From: the human T2T-CHM13v2.0 reference genome, Homo sapiens
NCBI RefSeq assembly: GCF_009914755.1
Contig: NC_060936.1
Strand: one strand, 5' to 3'
DNA: 64,000 bases
Shown here: positions 53,593 to 64,000 of the stretch, one piece after another
How the letters are laid out: each line of letters starts with the position of its first letter
Position numbering within the stretch: position 1 is the first letter of the stretch
Translations under genes and position numbers: made by a program
Notes under the pieces: generated by a model
The model's database searches: none
Told to the model about the DNA's origin: nothing
The model's input: only the letters and a program-made list of their open reading frames with translations

Positions 53593-54780
53593 TGAAGTGC
53601 TGGGATTACAGGCATGAGCCACCACGCCCGGCCAAGAATGTCTTTTCTTTATAATGTTGTCTCTAAGCATGTAATCTTTTCGGCAAATTTTATTAAGCAC
53701 CTATAGAGTTCAAGCCACTGTGGGTTCAAAGATAGCCCTCATTCCTGATTGACAAAGTATCTTGCTATGACCATCCCTTCTTTCCCCTCTAGTCAAAATT
53801 AGTCTCTTCTTCACTCATAATGCAAAGTACATTGGATTACTATTATGCCACTTACTTGAATAATTGTCTTGATGAGTAATATATGTAGTCAGTAACATGG
53901 TTAAGTGTGGCAATTTGGATTGATCCCATTGGACTTTTCAATTGCTGCATCCAGGTGTAATTACCATAAGAGCATAGAAGATAGAATCGTAAAGCTGAAA
54001 GACATCTTAAAGATGATTTTTGGGGACTGATTTGGAAACAGATCCAAAGACACTAATTGACTTGCCCAAGATCACAGATTGTGGCAGAACCAACCAATGT
54101 CTTTTTTAAACATTAAGGACATCTTATATGTATATTTATGCATATACATACTGATGAAATGTGCCTTTAGCAATAGATGTGTCCAGTGATGTACTAATGA
54201 AGATTTAACAACTGGTTCTAACTTGTAATGTTTGCCAGTTTCCATGACTGGGTCTTACAAGTTGTTGTGCACTGACTCCATCATTCCACTGGATGTGCCC
54301 CTGAAATCATATATTTACTACTAAAACCATTAGATTGTTTCCTTGTTCCAGTTATGCATTCAGAGACACTCCACCTTATTTTCTGATTACATTTGCAGGG
54401 AGAAATAACTCCTTACTTGTCAGTTTCAGCCTTCACTTTTAGTTTCTTTTTCTTTTCCTTTTTCCAACCCAGTATACCTTAGAAACTTTCAGTTTCTTTT
54501 AAGGATTTAATAACTTGCTTATAAGTGTTTAAAATGACTTAATGGGTTCTATCTTTTAAGGGAACTTTGGATGAATCCTTGAATATCAGTTATCTATTGC
54601 CAATTAACAAATCACCCCAAAGCTCATTGGCTTAAAACAACAATCTTTCATTAGTTTGCGTTCTTCCAGGTAATTCTTATAGTCTGGATCCAGCTCAGCT
54701 TATCTTGGCTGGACTTGCCCATGCAGCTGAGGTCACTAGTTGGGTTGTTGAGGCTGGCTAGTCCTAGATGGTGTCACTCA

Positions 54781-55579
<799 letters not shown>

Positions 55580-56560
55580 TCATAAGGCTATCTCAGATTC
55601 AAGGGAGTAAGAGGAGAGATGCTACCTATTAAAAGGAGAAGCAGCAAATACTATGGCCATTCTCTTCACAATAGTTGTCACCAAAACGTAATCGATTTGT
55701 TTAGGGGTTTACATTGTCATGTCTCCACAGGACAATGCACATGGTATGTTTGTCAGAACCCAGTTGGAGTTTTGTTTCCCAGCATCCAAAGGAAATCCCT
55801 AACTTTCATTTTTTCTTCCCGTAAGCAGCCCCGAACACTTACTTATAAGCCATCTCTACCTGAATTAGCAATCATGGATAAGCTCAATAACTGATCATTT
55901 CCTTATCAGTTTAAACCATATATATTTTAACACTGTCTCTTTTTCACACACACTAGTTAGCTAAGAATGAGCTGGGGGGCTGGGCGTGGTAGTTCACACC
56001 TGTAATCCCAGCACTTTAGGAGGCGGAGGTGGGCGGATCACTTGAGGTCAGGAGTTTGAGACCAGCCTAGCTAACATGGTGAAACCCCGTCTCTACTAAA
56101 AATGCAAAAATTAGCTGGGTGTGGTGGCAGGCATCTGTAATCCTAGCTACTCAGGAGGCTGAGGCAGGAGAATCCCTTGAACCCAGGAGGCAGAGGTTGC
56201 AGTGGGCCAAGATCACACCACTGCACTCCAGTCTGGGTGATAAAACGAGATTCCGTCTCAAAAAAAAAAAAAAAAAACTGCCAAAACGCTTTTTGCAAAG
56301 TGGTTGTACCATTTTATATTCTCACCACCATGAATGAAAGTTCCAATTGCTATATTCTTGCCCTCATTTGATAATATTTTTAGTTTTAGCCATTCTAATG
56401 GATATATAGTAATAATTTGATGGTTTTAATTTGCATTTCTCTGATGATCAATAACATTAAGTTTTGATTCAGGTACTTGTTGGGCACTCATATCTTTGGT
56501 GAAATATCTGTTCAAATCATTTGCTCTTTTTTTTTTCTTAGCACTTAGAAAAGACTTTTT

Positions 56561-56859
56561 GCCAGGCACAGTGGCACATGCCTGTAGACCTAGCTACTCA
56601 GGAGGCTAAGACAGGAGGATCACTTGAGTCCAGAAGTTCTGGGTTGTAGTGAGCTATGTCAATCAGGTGTTTGCACTAAGTTCAGCATAAATGTAGTGAC
56701 CTCCTGGGTCACTGGGACCCAGAGTTGCCTAAGGAGCGTCAGAAGTGGAGCAGGTCAAAACTCCTGTGCTGATCAGTAGTGGGATCACACCTGTGAATAG
56801 CCACTGCACTGCAGCCTGGGCAACATAGTGAGATCCTCATCTCCTGAAAAAAAAAAAAA
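56561..56859 (+). pseudogene. 7SL (SRP) RNA processed pseudogene
   Basis: Alu-domain ends plus S-domain (gcactaagttcagcat...gttgcctaagga...gagcaggtcaaaactcctgtgctgatcagtagtgggatc); poly(A) tail; ~15-nt deletion in the S-domain; CpG decay. Confidence 0.92.
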
Positions 56860-57920
56860 CTTTAGTTTTTAAAAGTAGTTTTAGGTTCTGAGCAAAATTG
56901 AGAGGAGGGTACAGAAATAACTTATATATCCTCAGTGCTCCCCTCCCCCATGCCTCCCTCATCACCATCCCCCAGCAGAGTGGCACATTGGTTACAATTG
57001 ATAAACCTACACTGACACATCATTATCACCCAAAGCCTATTGTTTCCATTAGGGTTCACTCTTGGTGCTGTACAATCTATGGGTTTGAACAAAGGTACAA
57101 TGACATGTATCCATCTTTATAGTCATGCAGAGTCTACACTGTCCTAAAAACCCTTGGCTCTGCCTCTTCGTCGTGTCCTCCCCACTGACCCCCGGCTACC
57201 ACTGGTCTTTTCACTGTCTCCGTAAGTTTTTCCTTTTTCAGAACGCCATATAGTTGGAATCATAAAGTATATATAGCCTTTTCACATTGGTTTCTTTCAC
57301 TGGATAATATGCATTTGTTTCCTCTATGTCTTTTCACAGTTTGATAGCTCATTTCTTTTTAGCATCGAGTAATACTCCATTGTCTGGGTGTACAACAGTT
57401 TATCCATTCACCTGCTGAAGGACATCTTGGTTGATTGCTTCCAAGTTTTGGCAATTATGAATAAAATTGCTATAGATATCCATGTGTAGGTTTTTGTGTC
57501 CATTTAAGCTTTCAACTCCTTTGGGTAAATACCAAAGAGCACAATTGTTGGATTGAATGCTAAGAGAATGTTTCGTTTTGTAAAAAACCACCAAACTGTC
57601 CTACAGAGAGGCTGTACCATTTTGCATTCCCACCAGCAGTGAATAAGGGTTCCTATTGCTCAACATCCCTGTCAGCACTTGGTGTTAGTGTTCTGAATTT
57701 TGGCCATTCTAAAAGGTGTGTAGTGGTGTCTCACTTGTTTTGTGTTTTTCTCTGCTCAGACAGCTCATCCACATCACATTTATTTTAATTTGCATTTCCC
57801 TGATAATATGTGATATGGAACATCTATTTACTCATTATTTTTTCTTCTTATGATTGAAGTTATAATATTTCTTTAAATATTTTGGATAAATCTTTTGTCA
57901 GATATATGCACTGGAAATAT
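56860..57920 (-). mobile_element. Old L1M fragments
   Basis: L1 ORF2 C-terminus/3' UTR similarity (gctgtaccattttgcattcccaccagcagtg). Confidence 0.75.
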
Positions 57921-58029
57921 TTTTATGGGGGACCAGTGTTAAGATTAGATCTGTTTAAAGAGAAAGGAGAGAAAGTTTCAGGCAGGGAATGCAATCGATG
58001 TGAAGGTTTGGGGTAATTTGTTTCATTTA

Positions 58030-61156
<3,127 letters not shown>

Positions 61157-61990
61157 TGATCTGCCTGCCTCGGCCTCCCAAAGTGCTAGGATTACAGGCG
61201 TGAGCCACCATGCCCAGCCAACTCCTGTTTTATAGTGTACTTTCTGGAATATTATTCAGCTTTCTCTTGAATTCTTTTAGTAACTAGGAGTTCACTACGT
61301 TTCCATGGACCTAACTCCAATAATGATTGGACAGTTTTCTCTCTCTGCTTTTTCTTTCTTTCTTTCTTTCTTTTTTTTTTTTTGAGATGGCGTCTCCTCT
61401 GTCAATCTCGGTTCATTGCAACCTCCACCTCCCAAGCTCAAGCGATTCTTGTGCCTCAGCCTCCTGAGTAGCTGGGATTACAGGCACCCACCACCACACC
61501 TGGCTAATTTTTTTTTTTGGTAGAGACAGGGTTTCACCATGTTGACCAGGCTGGTCTTGAACTCCCGACCTCAGGTGATCTGCCTGCCTCGGCCTCCCAA
61601 AGTGCTAGGATTACAGGCGTGAGCCACCATGCCCAGCCAACTCCTGTTTTATAGTGTACTTTCTGGAATATTATTCAGCTTTCTCTTGAATTCTTTTAGT
61701 AACTAGGAGTTCACTACGTTTCCATGGACCTAACTCCAATAATGATTGGACAGTTTTCTCTCTCTGCTTTTTCTTTCTTTCTTTCTTTTTTTTTTTTTGA
61801 GATGGCGTCTCCTCTGTCAATCTCGGTTCATTGCAACCTCCACCTCCCAAGCTCAAGCGATTCTTGTGCCTCAGCCTCCTGAGTAGCTGGGATTACAGGC
61901 ACCCACCACCACACCTGGCTAATTTTTTTTTTTGGTAGAGACAGGGTTTCACCATGTTGACCAGGCTGGTCTTGAACTCCCGACCTCAGG
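61157..61990. repeat. Tandem duplication, units of 419 bp (61157-61575) and 415 bp (61576-61990)
   Basis: The copies appear identical except for one CTTT unit in the Alu tail. Confidence 0.95.
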
Positions 61991-62838
61991 TGATCTGGCT
62001 GCCTTGGCCTCCCAAAGTGCTGACATTACAGGCATGAGCCACTGCACCTGGCCATTATTGGACAGTTTTAATGGAAAGTGTTTCCTTATATTGAGTGGAA
62101 ATCAGTCTGCTTATGGTTTATAATCCTCAGACTTGATTCTCCCCCTGAATCTATATGAAATAAATTTACTCCTATTTGAAAATATTTGTCATATTCCTTC
62201 TTATTTTTCTTTAAGCTTTATTTTTTCTTATTATCCATATGACATGTTTCCAGAACTCTCCCTTATCCTGATTGTCCTCCTTTAGACACATGCTTTTAAT
62301 GATATATTTCTTAAAATGTGTTACCCAGGACAACATATTTTTTTTTACTGTGGACAGTATACTTTTACGAATGGTGCCAATAATGCATTACATTTTTTAG
62401 CAGTCATGTCATCCTCTTGATTTGCATTGAGTCATCATTTCTTAAGAGGGAATCAGGATATCAAAATAGTCTCCAAACTCAGCTGATTCCTTCTGCAGAT
62501 ACACTCTCCACCCTTCTTGATTCCTTTTCGGGAGAAAAGAAAAAAGTTTATTTTCATTGCTAACCTCACTGATTTTTAATTTTACCATTTAAATGTTAGT
62601 AACAGCTGGTAATGTAACCAAAGAAGATTTTTGGCAGGGGATGATGCATTCAGAGCCTTCACTCTGGCTACAGGGAGACCATGGAGGATGGGCTGGAACG
62701 GAAGCACGATGGACTCCTGGGCACACCGTTAAGTGACTGATGGAGTCATTCAGCTGACAAATGATAATGGCCTGGATTAAGGAAGGAGAAGAGGGGACCA
62801 AGAAATGCCAGAGATACATAGGAAGTAAAAATTAATAG

Positions 62839-63087
<249 letters not shown>

Positions 63088-63254
63088 TGATTCGCCCGCG
63101 TCGGCCTCCCAAAGGGCTGGGATTACAGACATCAGCCACTGCACCTGGGTTGGCAACTAATTTACACGGAATGGCAGAGAGTGATTAATGAAAAAGCGGG
63201 GAGAAAAGCTGCTCTTGACATCTGAAAGCTGACTTGGCATTCACAGCTAGGCTA

Positions 63255-63737
63255 TGTTATTTTCCTATTGGGCATAAGTCTCACAGAATACCAACATTAA
63301 ACAAGATGACTCTGAAACCTTAATAAAGTGAGAAAAAACAAGTCCACTTTGTAATTTTGTCTAAGCACAGGCAAAAAGAGGGTCATGGTGCCATCCAGAA
63401 AATACCAAAAATCACCCTCTCTCAGCTAAAATGAGCAACTGCTACTTTACCAGTGACAGCTTTGTCCCAGCTCTAGTCTGCCTTCCCTATAGAGAAGATG
63501 TATTGAGATAATCATGAAATTCTCCTTCTTTCTGATAGTATCCAATCTGGAGCAAACCCGTTTCCTTAGACCCTCTCCCAATCCCAAATTCTATACTAGG
63601 TTCTTCTAAACACTCTCATACTGAGACACCCCATGGTTCCCTATGTTGTGTGTTCTTCTTTGCTGCAATGAGTAATAAACTCAACTTGTTTAACTAGAGG
63701 TGTGTTCCTGGTGGTCTCTGGTTAAAGAGCATTGATG
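63255..63737 (+). mobile_element. Solo ERV1-class LTR (MER67-like)
   Basis: 3' end aataaactcaacttgtttaactagaggtgtgttcctggtggtctctggttaaagagcattga resembles the recalled MER67 consensus. Confidence 0.55.
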
Positions 63738-64000
63738 TTAAGAATAATTTCAGAGTTTCTTGCTTGGACAGTCAGGTGTGAGTAGTGCCAGTAATAGAAA
63801 TAAAGAATACTGGAGAAGAAGAAAATGTCTTCAGTTTTTAACAGGTTACCTTTGAGATATTAGTAGGTTACTCCAAGTGGAGATATCCAAGAAGTAATTG
63901 GATGGATTTATGACTCTGGAGCTCAAGAGAGATGTCTGTGCTGAATCTATCTATCAGTCATCCATGTACCTACCTACCTACCTGTAGCTACACATAATAT

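Overview
Human (primate) genomic DNA, very Alu-dense, containing one complete protein-coding gene on the + strand: MRPL42 (mitochondrial ribosomal protein mL42). It has a CpG-island promoter at ~14.3-14.8 kb with ZNF143 and YY1 motifs, a non-coding exon 1, and five coding exons (16253-16322, 23910-23973, 26341-26425, 34562-34725, 48241-48286) that splice by GT-AG into a 429-nt, 142-aa ORF. The rest is transposon-derived: several dozen Alus, L1/L2 fragments, Tigger3, a Charlie-type hAT fossil, solo LTRs, and Y3 and 7SL retrocopies. None of the ORF-track ORFs looks like a real gene. Three structures stand out. (1) A 1.7-kb, ~99% identical inverted duplication (39580-41283 / 44868-46573) in the last MRPL42 intron brackets a 3.6-kb segment that appears inverted relative to the ancestral state. 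It could act as a flippable cassette and as a very long dsRNA stem in the pre-mRNA. (2) At 6557-6923 there is a mosaic of templated insertions at a broken MADE1 element, including a 66-nt hairpin. (3) At 61157-61990 there is a very recent Alu-Alu-mediated ~415-bp tandem duplication. All comparisons were done by eye, and repeat subfamily names are from memory of consensus sequences.
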